This document shows, in pieces, positions 29,825 through 40,095 of a stretch of DNA of 60,694 bases. Position 1 is the stretch's first letter. Each line of letters opens with the position of its first letter. The notes under the pieces were generated by a model. It had not been told where the DNA came from. It did not search any database and worked only from the letters and a program-made list of their open reading frames with translations. Source of the DNA: Thermoplasmata archaeon (GTDB lineage Archaea; Thermoplasmatota; Thermoplasmata; Thermoplasmatales; Thermoplasmataceae); NCBI GenBank assembly GCA_021819605.1, contig JAKAQT010000001.1:1-60694 (forward strand), written 5' to 3'. Both the position numbers and the translations under genes were made by a program.

Positions 29825-30700
29825 TCAGAGATATTCCTTTACGTTCACAACATGCTCAGGCTTTCCCTCAAGATATTTCTTCACGTTGCCGCATGCCCTC
29901 ATGAGTGCGGTTGACATGGATTCCTGCGATATGCCCGCAACATGGGGCGTGAGCACGGAGTTCTCGGGAAGCGGAAGTTCAACATTCGGCTCGTTCCACC
30001 ACACATCTGAAAGGAACATTACCCCTGGATTTCCATTGAGGAATGCCATCATGTCATCCTTTGCCACAATATCTGCCCTGGCTATGTTCACAATCATGGT
30101 ACCCCTGAATTTTTGCAGGAGCTTTCTGCCAACGTAGTTCCTTGTTGCAGATGTCAGTGGCAGCGCTATGATAACCACCGATGATCCTGACATAATCTCC
30201 TCAGGGCCGTCTGTGTACCTGTCAACATAACCATCATCCCTTCTGCTCCGGGTGTAGGCCAGCACCTTCATGCCCAGGCTTCTGGCAATTCGGGCACAGC
30301 TCTGGCCTATTCCTCCGTATCCAAGTATTCCAAGTGTTTCTCCGTAAAGGCTATGCACCAGGTCTTTTCTGTATATGCCGGATCTGATTTCACTGTTGAA
30401 TTGGCATATCTTGTTGGTGTTGGAAAGGATAAGGGCAAAGGCGTGCTGTGCCACAGAATCGGAGAAGGCTCCGGCATTGCTGCAGAATAATACCCGGTCT
30501 GAAAAGTTCCTGAAATTAAGGTGGTCCACGCCGGCAGATACGGTCTGGACAAGCTTCAGGTCGGGTGTCGGGACAAAATCCCTCATGCCTATCTGTATAT
30601 CTGCACCATCCGGGTTCTTCACATCAACCGGTATGCCTGCAACAGCAGAACATTTCTCCGCAATGTCGGCTCCCACGTCAAGCATAATTGTGGCTCTCAT
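29825..30700 (-). CDS. D-isomer-specific 2-hydroxyacid dehydrogenase family protein
   Basis: 291 aa with the NAD-binding GILGYGGIGQSCARIARSLGMKV and the catalytic-His region LTPHVAG. Substrate is not assignable from the sequence alone. Confidence 0.8.
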   Translation of the reverse strand: MRATIMLDVGADIAEKCSAVAGIPVDVKNPDGADIQIGMRDFVPTPDLKLVQTVSAGVDHLNFRNFSDRVLFCSNAGAFSDSVAQHAFALILSNTNKICQFNSEIRSGIYRKDLVHSLYGETLGILGYGGIGQSCARIARSLGMKVLAYTRSRRDDGYVDRYTDGPEEIMSGSSVVIIALPLTSATRNYVGRKLLQKFRGTMIVNIARADIVAKDDMMAFLNGNPGVMFLSDVWWNEPNVELPLPENSVLTPHVAGISQESMSTALMRACGNVKKYLEGKPEHVVNVKEYL

Positions 30701-30804
30701 GTATGCTGAATCATGCAGTGCTTAATTCCTTTTTCGCAAATGGCGGTTGGTCACTGTTCAGGCGCTGAAAAATAGAGGGATGGTTATCCTGCTTTCCTGA
30801 AAGA

Positions 30805-31467
30805 TCATCTCTTGAAGGCAAGTTTTGCGGCGAGCTGGAACATCGATATTGTGTGAAGCCAGACCCGCCCGGGCCCCCTCATGTCTGCAAAGAAGAGCCC
30901 CTCCCCCTCCATTCCGCCGAGTATCATGGTTTTGAGGCCACCAATCCGGCCGACGCTGTACTGGACAGATTCATCAAAAGCAAGTACGTGGCTGAGCTCT
31001 GCCTGTATTTCCTCCCCTTCCTTGAGATTCATCTCCACAACATGACCATGGCCATGAAGCATGATGGAACCAGTTCCACTGAACCTTTCCAGGAAAAGTC
31101 CCTCCCCTCCCAGGATGCCCTGCCATATCCCGGCAAATTTCGTGGAATAGTTGATGGTGGAATCCATGCAGAGGAAAGCATTGAATTCAGCTATTATTGC
31201 ATTACCGGTGAGATCGATCTTCAGTATTTTCCCGGGAAGGAAGCCTGCGGATCTGATCTTGCCCGGTCCATCAACCTTCAGAAGGAATACTGCCGAACCG
31301 GCAAGCATGTGTGAGAACGCTCCCCTGAGCCCTCCGCTCCTGACGTCGAGCCTTGCTGACGGGCTCTTGGATATGAGGTGACCCGGTTCAATAAGCACAG
31401 AATCTCCCTCATTCAGCCTTGTTTCAAGGTACTGCACCTCGTTTCCAACTATATTATACTCTGTCAT
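30805..31467 (-). CDS. AIM24 / DUF124 (TIGR00266-type) family protein
   Basis: 220 aa. The N-terminus MTEYNIVGNEVQYLETRLNEGDSVLIEPGHL and repeated GEGLF(L/F) segments are typical of the DUF124 beta-rich family. A TTTAAAT element of its own lies about 30 nt upstream. Confidence 0.75.
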   Translation of the reverse strand: MTEYNIVGNEVQYLETRLNEGDSVLIEPGHLISKSPSARLDVRSGGLRGAFSHMLAGSAVFLLKVDGPGKIRSAGFLPGKILKIDLTGNAIIAEFNAFLCMDSTINYSTKFAGIWQGILGGEGLFLERFSGTGSIMLHGHGHVVEMNLKEGEEIQAELSHVLAFDESVQYSVGRIGGLKTMILGGMEGEGLFFADMRGPGRVWLHTISMFQLAAKLAFKR

Positions 31468-31555
31468 TATTGCTATAATTTATTGCACCATTTAAATTTT
31501 TTTTAGCGTAACCTGATGTTAAAGGACAGAATTGAGACAATTTATCGGGTATTAC

Positions 31556-31969
31556 TCAGAGACCTGTGTCATCAAGATCATCAAGGAATTCTTTTACATT
31601 TCCTATGTTTTTCTGCTCCTTTCCGCCAGGATGGAATACAAGCTTATCCAGTGCAGCCGGATCCAGCCATACCGTTTTCTCGCTGCCGTCCCCTATGGTA
31701 ATCATGATCCTGCCAATTTCAATTTCCATGGTACCAACGGGAAATTCACCAGAGCAGGCTTTTCCCGAAAGGTCTGCCAGGGCAGGTACTCTGAAGACAA
31801 CGCGCATAAGCGGCATTGCCGTGTAGCTATACCGGCTGCCATATCTTATCAGCATGGGCTTCAGTTCAGGAAATGATAAAACTGCAGACCCCTCCACCAG
31901 TGAAACATTGCAAGGTCCGTAATCCATTATGAAATCCGCCAGTATGCGGAGAATATGATTGATCTTCAT
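31556..31969 (-). CDS. Hypothetical protein, translationally coupled to the VWA gene
   Basis: 137 aa. Its ATG overlaps the upstream stop codon (ATGA at 31966-31969), which supports a real, co-translated gene. I recognise no family. Confidence 0.55.
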   Translation of the reverse strand: MKINHILRILADFIMDYGPCNVSLVEGSAVLSFPELKPMLIRYGSRYSYTAMPLMRVVFRVPALADLSGKACSGEFPVGTMEIEIGRIMITIGDGSEKTVWLDPAALDKLVFHPGGKEQKNIGNVKEFLDDLDDTGL

Positions 31970-33240
31970 TGATTATCCCCATATTTAACACATATCCCAG
32001 CGGAAGGGCATTCCCCGGTTGTTATCCATATGACCGGAAAGTTAGGTTCTGTGGCGTGGATTTCTCCTCTCCCGTCCGTGAGGAATACAAGTGGCCATGC
32101 ATTCCCATCCGCTGCCAGCCTTGAGAGAACAGCATTGAAATCCGTGCCCCCCATTCCTCTCCTTATGAACTGGAAATCGTCATGGGATAACGATCCGGAG
32201 AACATCTGGTCGTAAACCACGTCAGAATCAAACTGAATGAGCCTGACCCCATCCTCTGGCTGCAGGCCATAGATCAGGTCCGCACTATCAGAGAAGAACG
32301 CATCTGCCACTGCAGGATCAATCGATGCGGAAACATCAATGGCAATCACTGCCTTCAGGCATTTCTTCCCCCTGCCGGGAACGTAGATGCCGACATCCAC
32401 GTATTTCCTGCTGAACCTTGATCTGCTCCTTGCAGATTTATCAGGTTCCATGTAAGGTTCTAGGAGATTTCTTATTGAAATCCGCTGTATTTCATTATCC
32501 TTCACCCGGATTTGAGCCGGAACTGAGCTCTTTCCAGCCAAAATGGCAGTTATTCTGGCACCGGCAATTATTTCACTCATTCTGGCTGAATACTGTCCAC
32601 CCTCAGAGCCAGTGCCCTGGCTCTCCAGCATGCTTTTCAGAATCAGCGATCTGTTGATCTTCCTTGCTGACGAGACACGGTCCGCAAGTATTTCACGCGC
32701 TGGCCCGCCACTGGAAGAATATGGATCACCGAACAGGTTAACTGCCGGGATTCCAGCTTCAGCGGAAAGTATTGAATAAATCTCCTCGGCAGACATTTCC
32801 TTCATGCTTCTCATAAAAAGTACGCCAGAAACTCCATGGGCCAGCCCTGCCTCTGCCAGGATGCAATCCACTGCAATATCTGTGCATAAAGACCACAGAT
32901 CCCGATTTCTCTGGCCTCTCCTGGGGCCGTGGTTCAGGGCCACATGCAGGACTGATCTGGCAAGCTGGAACCGTGCCTCCACCGGTGCAACTGAAGCAAG
33001 ATAATCTGCGTTGTAATGAAGCGCGGCATCCTGTATGGCAAACCTCTGGACGCTGCTGTCCGGGATAAAATCAATTGACGACAGAATGGAACCGAGAAAA
33101 GGAAACTCCACCAGAAGGTTTCTTCTTATGGAGGAAAGAACTCTGTCAGGATTCTGCACCTGAAACACCCATGATCTCCCTGAATTTGCCAATGTTGGAG
33201 GCAAGAAACTCGTTGGAGGCAAGCGCTTCCTTTTCCACAA
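31966..33240 (-). CDS. VWA-domain protein with an N-terminal DUF2201-type pseudo-metallopeptidase domain
   Basis: The C-terminal VWA domain has an intact MIDAS (AIDVSAS ... GGTD ... LTDG). The N-terminal region LHVALNHGPRRGQRNRDLWSLCTDIAVD resembles the DUF2201_N 'HExxH...R...A.D' layout with Glu replaced by Val. The ATG at 33240 overlaps the AAA gene by 95 nt; GTG at 33168 or 33159 would shorten the overlap. Confidence 0.7.
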   Translation of the reverse strand: MWKRKRLPPTSFLPPTLANSGRSWVFQVQNPDRVLSSIRRNLLVEFPFLGSILSSIDFIPDSSVQRFAIQDAALHYNADYLASVAPVEARFQLARSVLHVALNHGPRRGQRNRDLWSLCTDIAVDCILAEAGLAHGVSGVLFMRSMKEMSAEEIYSILSAEAGIPAVNLFGDPYSSSGGPAREILADRVSSARKINRSLILKSMLESQGTGSEGGQYSARMSEIIAGARITAILAGKSSVPAQIRVKDNEIQRISIRNLLEPYMEPDKSARSRSRFSRKYVDVGIYVPGRGKKCLKAVIAIDVSASIDPAVADAFFSDSADLIYGLQPEDGVRLIQFDSDVVYDQMFSGSLSHDDFQFIRRGMGGTDFNAVLSRLAADGNAWPLVFLTDGRGEIHATEPNFPVIWITTGECPSAGICVKYGDNQ

Positions 33241-34192
33241 CTTTTCTCATCAGGCTGAATCCAAGGGCAGCGTATTCGCCCTTCATGTGAAGCAGTGCCC
33301 TGAGGCATCCTGTGATCCTTCCACTGTCCTGCGAAGCTACCCTGGCAATGCTTCCTGCCAGCAGATACCACAGTGATGGATCATGCTCCCCACTCAACCA
33401 TTCATAATCACCTCCTATGATCTTCACGGGATCAGGCATGTCGGCGGCAAGTTTCAGGTAATGAAGAAACTCAAGCCCGTTCTCTTCCCCAATCATTCCC
33501 ATTATTGCAATGTCCCGCGCCTCTCCCTTGAGGTTTCTCACGGCATAATTCACGCCGGTTGCCCATGTCCTTGGCGTAAGGGGATAGTCATTCTCCTGCC
33601 GGAAGAGCCATGGCCTCTGGTCATTGTGCTCCATGTAAGCCACAAATGAGATGATTCTTTCGTCCACAGCACTTGCAATGGCCCATTCTGCCCAGTCATC
33701 CACATCAGGAATCAGTTCATAGTGCCCGCCGGTGAACCTGCTGGACAGGCCGGATGGCATGGTGTTTGAAATGCTCCTGTGTGAAGGCAGATTTGATGAG
33801 CCGACAAAATGCCTCCATCCCTCCGGGACTGCATAGTCCTCAATCATCCCGTCATTGATGAGCTGGAAAACAAGTCCCTGGGTGGAGGTCCTTGCATGTG
33901 TGATCTCGTCCAGAAACCATATGCCCCTGCCGCTGCGTGGGAAGCGGGAATACTTGACGAACTCCATGCCTCTTTCTGTGCGGACGGGTATGCCAAGGAA
34001 GTCAGTCTCCTCATAATAATTGAGCCTAAGGTCAAGGATGCCCATTCCAAGCCCTGCAGCTGTTTCTCTCACGATCTGGGATTTACCTATGCCCGGTGCA
34101 CCCCACACCATAACCGGCAGCCTGCCGTTTATTGCAACCTCAGTTAGAATGGATTTCAGCTGGGAAGGCTTGACCTTCTTCATGGGCGTCAT
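33146..34192 (-). CDS. MoxR-like AAA+ ATPase (AAA_5 type)
   Basis: 348 aa with Walker A (VWGAPGIGKSQ) and Walker B (IWFLDEI). The single AAA module plus helical C-terminal extension is typical of MoxR/CbbQ/NorQ-like partners of VWA proteins. Confidence 0.8.
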   Translation of the reverse strand: MTPMKKVKPSQLKSILTEVAINGRLPVMVWGAPGIGKSQIVRETAAGLGMGILDLRLNYYEETDFLGIPVRTERGMEFVKYSRFPRSGRGIWFLDEITHARTSTQGLVFQLINDGMIEDYAVPEGWRHFVGSSNLPSHRSISNTMPSGLSSRFTGGHYELIPDVDDWAEWAIASAVDERIISFVAYMEHNDQRPWLFRQENDYPLTPRTWATGVNYAVRNLKGEARDIAIMGMIGEENGLEFLHYLKLAADMPDPVKIIGGDYEWLSGEHDPSLWYLLAGSIARVASQDSGRITGCLRALLHMKGEYAALGFSLMRKVVEKEALASNEFLASNIGKFREIMGVSGAES

Positions 34193-34269
34193 GTGTCAAT
34201 ATTCCTTCATATAAAAGCCATATGTAGACTGTTACAAGAACGTTTTAATCAAGAATTGCATGTGTTGCT

Positions 34270-35430
34270 GTGTTGGATGTCATTGTGGCCGGTGCCGGTC
34301 CGGCAGGTTCCTATGCCTCATACAGGCTTGCCTCCATGGGATACAGCGTTCTCAACCTGGAGGAACACAGGGAGATAGGCAGGCCTGTTGAATGCACCGG
34401 GGTTGTGACGTCAAGGGTTTTCGGATACGTGAAGAGCAGTGCAGTGGCAAACAGACTTCATGGTGCCAATGTTTTCTTCCCTGGGAACAGGGAGATGCAC
34501 ATTGAGAAGTCCGAGGAGACCACGGTCATATACCGGGATTCATTCGACAGGGATGTTTCAGCCATGGCCATTTCTGCTGGAGCAGATGTACGGCTTGATT
34601 CAAGGATAACCGAAGTGAAGGTTTCAGTCGATTCTGTCCATGTAAAATACAGGCATGAAGGCAACGTCCTTGAGGCAACCTCTGCCATGATAGTTGGGGC
34701 TGACGGTGCCAACAGTGTGGTGCGTAAATCTCTCTACGGTTCCCGCCCTTCGCGGGTCGTTTCAACATACCAGGTGGATTCTGCGGTCAGGCTTCCGGAT
34801 CAGGACAGCGTAAATGTCTATCTTGGCAGCGAGAGTTCCCATGGCTTCTTTGCATGGGCAGTTCCCACTGGAGATATAACCAGAATCGGCCTGGGGACCA
34901 TCGGCCCCGGTGCAAGGGACCTTTTCGGCAGGCTCCAGAAAAGGTTTCCGGAAGGGAGGATCCTGTCGGTGACCGGTGGGCCAATACCGATTGCATATCT
35001 TTCAAGGACATCAGGGCCAAGGAGCCTGCTGGTGGGAGACGCAGCAGGCATAGTGAAGCCACTCACCGGCGGTGGCATATATACCGGCATAGTTTCTGCC
35101 CATCATGCTGCCAGTGCAATAAATGAGGCGTTCCAGAGCCAGACTTTCAGCGGGAATTCCCTGTCAAGATACGAGAGGTACTGGAAATCGCAGCTGGGCC
35201 GGGAACTGTGGATGGATGGCATTGTGCAGAGGATATTCGCAGGTCTGAGCGATTCTTCGCTCTCACGCATATACAGCATGCTGTCATCCCCTGGTGTTGT
35301 GGAAATGATAAACAGTGTTGGGGACATAGATTACCCGTCACGCCTGGTCATAAGAATTCTCCTGAGGCATCCGGCGATCCTGATGAATTTCTTCAGGAAC
35401 AGGGTGGTGCCCGGATCGGCTGATGCGTGA
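34270..35430 (+). CDS. Geranylgeranyl reductase family flavoprotein (probable digeranylgeranylglycerophospholipid reductase)
   Basis: 386 aa. It carries the FAD-binding fingerprint DVIVAGAGPAGSYASYRLA, LVGDAAG and PLTGGGI. The start is GTG. Confidence 0.85.
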   Translation: MLDVIVAGAGPAGSYASYRLASMGYSVLNLEEHREIGRPVECTGVVTSRVFGYVKSSAVANRLHGANVFFPGNREMHIEKSEETTVIYRDSFDRDVSAMAISAGADVRLDSRITEVKVSVDSVHVKYRHEGNVLEATSAMIVGADGANSVVRKSLYGSRPSRVVSTYQVDSAVRLPDQDSVNVYLGSESSHGFFAWAVPTGDITRIGLGTIGPGARDLFGRLQKRFPEGRILSVTGGPIPIAYLSRTSGPRSLLVGDAAGIVKPLTGGGIYTGIVSAHHAASAINEAFQSQTFSGNSLSRYERYWKSQLGRELWMDGIVQRIFAGLSDSSLSRIYSMLSSPGVVEMINSVGDIDYPSRLVIRILLRHPAILMNFFRNRVVPGSADA

Positions 35431-35509
35431 TGCCCTGCAGCTCCCAGCCATTGACTTCAAGCCATTCCCGAAAAGTGTTATACTCCCATGAAATATGGTA
35501 TGCTGCCTG

Positions 35510-36400
35510 ATGGAGAAGAAACTTTTCTACATGCTCATGCTTCTTCTGGTCACATTCTTCTGGGGCGTGACGTTCCCCATAATAAAAACAGCCCTGCAGT
35601 ACGTAAGCGCAGATGCATTTCTTGCCTTCCGGTTCCTGATTGCAACAGCACTTATGGGCATCCTGGTGCGGAAAGGCGGCGATTTCCGGAAAAGGCGCAA
35701 CATCCTGACCGGCTTCATTGCAGGCTTCCTTCTCTTTCTTGGCTACTATTTCCAGACCGTTGGGCTTGATTACACAAGCGCTGCGGCATCCGGCATCATA
35801 ACAGGCATCTATGTTGTGATTCTTCCCCTCATCTCCTTCATGTTCCTTCACAACAAAGTATCGCACATGGATGTCTACGCCTCCGTCATAGCATTTGCGG
35901 GGCTCATAATAATGTCAGCAGGTTCATCAGCAGGATTCGGCAGCAGGCTGGGCGATCTCCTCACACTCATGTGCGGAGTTGCTTACGCAGTGCAGATTGC
36001 ATACGTATCAAGGTATTCTGGTAGCCTCAATTCGTACACATTCACCTTCTACCAGCTGCTTGCCGTCACCATTTTCTCATTTGCAGCCATACCAATATCG
36101 CCGGGCGGAATAGGGACATTCAACGGTTACGTGATCTTCGCGCTTGTCTTCACTGCAATATTCGGAAGCATTTTCGGATATTATGTCTCAACAATTGCAC
36201 TCATCTATGTTGATCCCGCGGCGGCCGGTGTAATTTATGTCGGAGAACCTGTATTTGCGGCACTTGCTTCTGTCATAATCGCACACGAGGCACTGGGCAT
36301 ATCCGTGATAATAGGGGGGACAGTCATGGTTGCGGCAATGCTCATGACTTCTCTGGACAAGTATCTGAAGATGAAGCGTACGCAAGCGGCTCAATCCTGA
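35510..36400 (+). CDS. EamA/DMT-superfamily transporter
   Basis: About 296 aa with 10 predicted TM helices arranged as two EamA-like halves. FWGVTFPIIK is a typical first helix. I place the start at ATG 35510. Confidence 0.75.
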   Translation: MEKKLFYMLMLLLVTFFWGVTFPIIKTALQYVSADAFLAFRFLIATALMGILVRKGGDFRKRRNILTGFIAGFLLFLGYYFQTVGLDYTSAAASGIITGIYVVILPLISFMFLHNKVSHMDVYASVIAFAGLIIMSAGSSAGFGSRLGDLLTLMCGVAYAVQIAYVSRYSGSLNSYTFTFYQLLAVTIFSFAAIPISPGGIGTFNGYVIFALVFTAIFGSIFGYYVSTIALIYVDPAAAGVIYVGEPVFAALASVIIAHEALGISVIIGGTVMVAAMLMTSLDKYLKMKRTQAAQS

Positions 36401-38292
36401 TCTGCTTCAGGCTTTTCCCGGACTCCCCTGTGGACCTTCACTGCGACCCCCTTCCTGTAGTAGCCCATTTCGGGGCCGGAGGCAACAGATTTCCCAACAG
36501 CCACAAGGTGATCAGCATCATCAACAACAAGCACCTCATTGCCTGCTATTATTGCATTGTCGAATTTCTTCACAAACTTGAAGAATACGTTGTATCCCTG
36601 TGCATTGAATTCAGCGCTGTCGTCCGTAACCACAACTCTGTTCTCCAGGCCTGGTGAAATATCATGCAGTATTTCCGCACCTGCAATTCCCAGGGTGAAA
36701 AAGCCGTCATGGGCCCTGAGCGTTGCCAGGAGGCGCCCATCAAGCAGGACGCTCCTCAACCTGCCCGTTGACCGTGAAACTCTCACTTCACATGCATCAG
36801 GAAACAGCTTCCTGCCGGTTCCTGAGCCGAACTGGAAATCAGCAACCGTCCTTACCCTCTCCAGCCTGAAGTTCCTTGATCCGGATTCAATGCCTTCCGG
36901 CAGTTTTCCATCTGCAGGCCATTCTCCTGCAACCGCCATGGAATCCGGCCTCACAAGGCCGCTGGATATCATCTGCTGGAAGGGATAGGTCTCATCCAGC
37001 TCAACCGGGATCACAGTGTTGTTCCATGGCACCAGGAAACGTTCACTGGTTCTCTCATAGAGGGATACAAACTCCAGGGAATGGATTCTTCCGGGATGCC
37101 AGTGATCTGGCGAGAGCACCCTGAATTTTCCCTTATCCGGTGACATGAGGTACCCGAGATTCCGCTCAATTCTCCTGAAATACGGCCCTCTCTCGCTGTA
37201 TTCATCGAAATAGAAGAATGTGCTCTTCTTGGAAAGGTCCTCAAATTTCTCCAGGGACCCGGAGTGATCAAGAAGGCGCAGGAATGCACGGAAAAGATAG
37301 GGGTGCGATCGTGATCTGGCCTCCACATACTGCCACAGCCTCTGCTGGTAAATCTGTTCCCTGATCTCCTCAAGCTCATTGAAGATTGCAGAAAGGTTGT
37401 GCATGGAAAGCAATCTGAAGCGCTCCTCAGGTGATGCATTTCTGACCTCGTCCACGGTGTATTTACCGTACAGGGGGCTCCACCTGGGAAATGATCCTAT
37501 CTTTGACAGGTCCCTGGACCCGTCCTGAAAAAGCATTCTGTTGTCCCTGGCATACTTCACATAGGATGCGGAATCGAAAATGTCAACGCCAAGGAGAACT
37601 GCCATTCCCATAAACATGGGATGCCCCCCGCCGAAAAGGTGTATGGGCTTGGAAAAATCAGCATTAACTTTGCTGGAAAGTATAACGTCAACAAGGTCAT
37701 CATAGCGGTAGTTTTCAAGAAGAGGCACAACACCACCTATGGGGAGGTATCCTGCCTGGGATGAGCTCATGAGTTCTGCCGACATCTTCCTGAGATCCAT
37801 GTGAAGCGACCCCTGTATGGGCCCTGCCATTATGGTATCATCAATGGGCGGCAATTCAGCCATTCTCCTGTGTGTCTCAAGAACTGCCTCCTTTGCCCGG
37901 TCATGGGAAAAATCAGGCTCTGAGAATATGTCAAGTATTGTGGATATGTCACTTCCTATCTTCCTCTGGAAATCCACTATCTCAACATTTGAGAATTCAA
38001 CATCGGAGTACACATGGCTCTGGAAGGTGCCGCTGTCAGTCATTATTGGCCCGTCAAATCCAAGCAGGGAATGGACTCCATATTTTTCGGCCCTTTCCCT
38101 CAGTTTCGTGTTTCTCCTGATTATGTAGCTGTTTGTTATGAACGCTCTCGCTCCCAGACTGACCATTTCCTCTGTGGTGAGTGTGGGTATATTTGGGTTT
38201 ACAACCGGAAGAATTGTGGGGGTCTGGATATCGCCGTGTGCGGTGGAAAATTTCCCGATTCTCGCCAGGCCATCCCTGTGTATGATTTCCAA
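36391..38292 (-). CDS. tgtA: Archaeosine tRNA-guanine transglycosylase (ArcTGT) with C-terminal PUA domain
   Basis: 633 aa. The N-terminus is MEIIHRDGLARIGKFSTAHGDIQTPTILPVVNP. It also has a TGT barrel (MTDSGTFQ, LFGGGHPMF) and a long C-terminal extension ending in a PUA-like domain. Confidence 0.9.
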   Translation of the reverse strand: MEIIHRDGLARIGKFSTAHGDIQTPTILPVVNPNIPTLTTEEMVSLGARAFITNSYIIRRNTKLRERAEKYGVHSLLGFDGPIMTDSGTFQSHVYSDVEFSNVEIVDFQRKIGSDISTILDIFSEPDFSHDRAKEAVLETHRRMAELPPIDDTIMAGPIQGSLHMDLRKMSAELMSSSQAGYLPIGGVVPLLENYRYDDLVDVILSSKVNADFSKPIHLFGGGHPMFMGMAVLLGVDIFDSASYVKYARDNRMLFQDGSRDLSKIGSFPRWSPLYGKYTVDEVRNASPEERFRLLSMHNLSAIFNELEEIREQIYQQRLWQYVEARSRSHPYLFRAFLRLLDHSGSLEKFEDLSKKSTFFYFDEYSERGPYFRRIERNLGYLMSPDKGKFRVLSPDHWHPGRIHSLEFVSLYERTSERFLVPWNNTVIPVELDETYPFQQMISSGLVRPDSMAVAGEWPADGKLPEGIESGSRNFRLERVRTVADFQFGSGTGRKLFPDACEVRVSRSTGRLRSVLLDGRLLATLRAHDGFFTLGIAGAEILHDISPGLENRVVVTDDSAEFNAQGYNVFFKFVKKFDNAIIAGNEVLVVDDADHLVAVGKSVASGPEMGYYRKGVAVKVHRGVREKPEADQD

Positions 38293-38314
38293 TACTGTAC
38301 CTCGATGCGGGATA

Positions 38315-40087
38315 TCATCCCGAATAATAGTAATTTCCGGATTCTCTCTGGGACTTGTCCAGCCTGCTGTTGATCTTGTTTATTCTTGGGCGCTTGGTGG
38401 TGGCGTCCCTTCGGAATGTCACACCTGCATCCCTGAGGAACATGTTCATTCCGTCCTTCATGGACATGGGGCCCCGTGAAAAGCCCTCTTTCCCGGGAGT
38501 ACCGTTGAAGACTATGAGTGCATCGGAAATCAGGTCAATTAGATACACATCATGATCAATAACGAAGGCGCTCCTCTTGTTGTTTTCCATGACACGCCTT
38601 ATAATTCTGGCTGCGGACATCCTGTAGGCACTGTCAAGGTGAGCAGATGGCTCATCGATTATGTACAGGTCTGCATCAAGGGATAAGGTCAGGGCGATTG
38701 AAACCCTCTGCAGCTCGCCGCCCGAAAGATCCTCCACATTATTGTCAAAAAGTGAATCAACTTCCAGGGGCTTCATCACCTCATTCTTTACCATGGCACT
38801 GTCCATTTTTTCCTTCAGAGCCTGATAGAGAAGTTCAGAAACAGTTCCCTGAAAATCTGACGAAATGTACTGCGGCTTGTATGATATCTTCAGGGTCCTC
38901 GATAGAGATCCCGTGGTTGGTGCCATTATGCCGGCAAGCATCTTCGCAAAGGTGGATTTCCCAAGCGCATTTCTTCCCAGAACACCGATAACCTCACCAT
39001 TGCGGATCAACCCGTTCTCCACCTTCAGGGTGAAGCCTTCAAGTTCCATTGAAAGGTCTGACCACGAGGCAATTTCAGAACCGCTGGCCGTCCTCCTGGC
39101 GGATTTTTCCTGGAAATCTATTGAATAATTCCTTATCCTGACATTTTCCTCCCTCAGGTATCCTTCAAGGAAAGAATTTATTGCCTTGTTGCTGGTTCTC
39201 TGCTCCGTTATGATTCCGTAGGCACCAGACTGGCCGTACACCAGATGAACACTATCAGCCATCCAGTCCATGAGGGCCAGATCGTGCTCAACAACCATGA
39301 CTGTCTTGGTTTTTGACAGTTCCTGGATTATTTTGGCAACCCTGATCCTTTCAGCCACATCAAGGTAGGATGACATTTCGTCAAAGAGATATATATCTGC
39401 ATCTTTCAGCAGAGTTGTGGCAATGGCAAGCTTCTGCAGCTCGCCGCCGGAGCATGCCTTCACATCCCTTTCCAGAGATCCCTCCATTTCAAGCTGTGAT
39501 ACCACATCATCGAACCTGTGCTGAGGATCATTCCTTCGCAGGATTTCTCCAAGAGTACCGTTCACCACCCTTGGAATCAGGTCAACGTTCTGATCCTTCA
39601 GGACAGCTCTCCTCTTCCCCTCATAAATATCCTGGAAATAAGTGCCCATAAGCGAGGTTGCAAAATAACGTATGACATTATCCTTTGATGCCTCCTCCTC
39701 ATATTTGCCAAAGTTAGGCACCAGCAGCCCCGAAAGAATCTTCAGTGTTGTTGTCTTGCCCATTCCATTCTGCCCCAGGATGGCTGTAACCTTTCCCTGT
39801 TCCAGTACCGGGAGTGAATAGAGGCGGAAAGAATTCAGACCGTACTGGTGGGTGATTTCGGAATTCAGCTCATCCGGCAGCCCGATAATCTTTATTGCGC
39901 CGAATGGGCATCGGTGCACACATATGCCGCATCCAATGCACAGCGGCTCATTTATAACCGGCTGCTCATCAGGCACCGGAAATTCTATTGTAGGCGTTCC
40001 GCTGCGAACAGGTGGGCAGTAATACTGGCATTCATGGTGGCACCTCTTTGGATGGCACCTTTCCCGATCAAGTACAGCGATCTGCAA
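38315..40087 (-). CDS. abce1: ABCE1 / RNase L inhibitor-type ribosome recycling ATPase
   Basis: 590 aa with an N-terminal 2x[4Fe-4S] domain (CHPKRCHHECQYYCP ... CIGCGICVHRCP), two ABC modules (GQNGMGKTT and GRNALGKST), and LSGGELQ signatures. Confidence 0.95.
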   Translation of the reverse strand: MQIAVLDRERCHPKRCHHECQYYCPPVRSGTPTIEFPVPDEQPVINEPLCIGCGICVHRCPFGAIKIIGLPDELNSEITHQYGLNSFRLYSLPVLEQGKVTAILGQNGMGKTTTLKILSGLLVPNFGKYEEEASKDNVIRYFATSLMGTYFQDIYEGKRRAVLKDQNVDLIPRVVNGTLGEILRRNDPQHRFDDVVSQLEMEGSLERDVKACSGGELQKLAIATTLLKDADIYLFDEMSSYLDVAERIRVAKIIQELSKTKTVMVVEHDLALMDWMADSVHLVYGQSGAYGIITEQRTSNKAINSFLEGYLREENVRIRNYSIDFQEKSARRTASGSEIASWSDLSMELEGFTLKVENGLIRNGEVIGVLGRNALGKSTFAKMLAGIMAPTTGSLSRTLKISYKPQYISSDFQGTVSELLYQALKEKMDSAMVKNEVMKPLEVDSLFDNNVEDLSGGELQRVSIALTLSLDADLYIIDEPSAHLDSAYRMSAARIIRRVMENNKRSAFVIDHDVYLIDLISDALIVFNGTPGKEGFSRGPMSMKDGMNMFLRDAGVTFRRDATTKRPRINKINSRLDKSQRESGNYYYSG

Positions 40088-40095
40088 TTCAGCAC

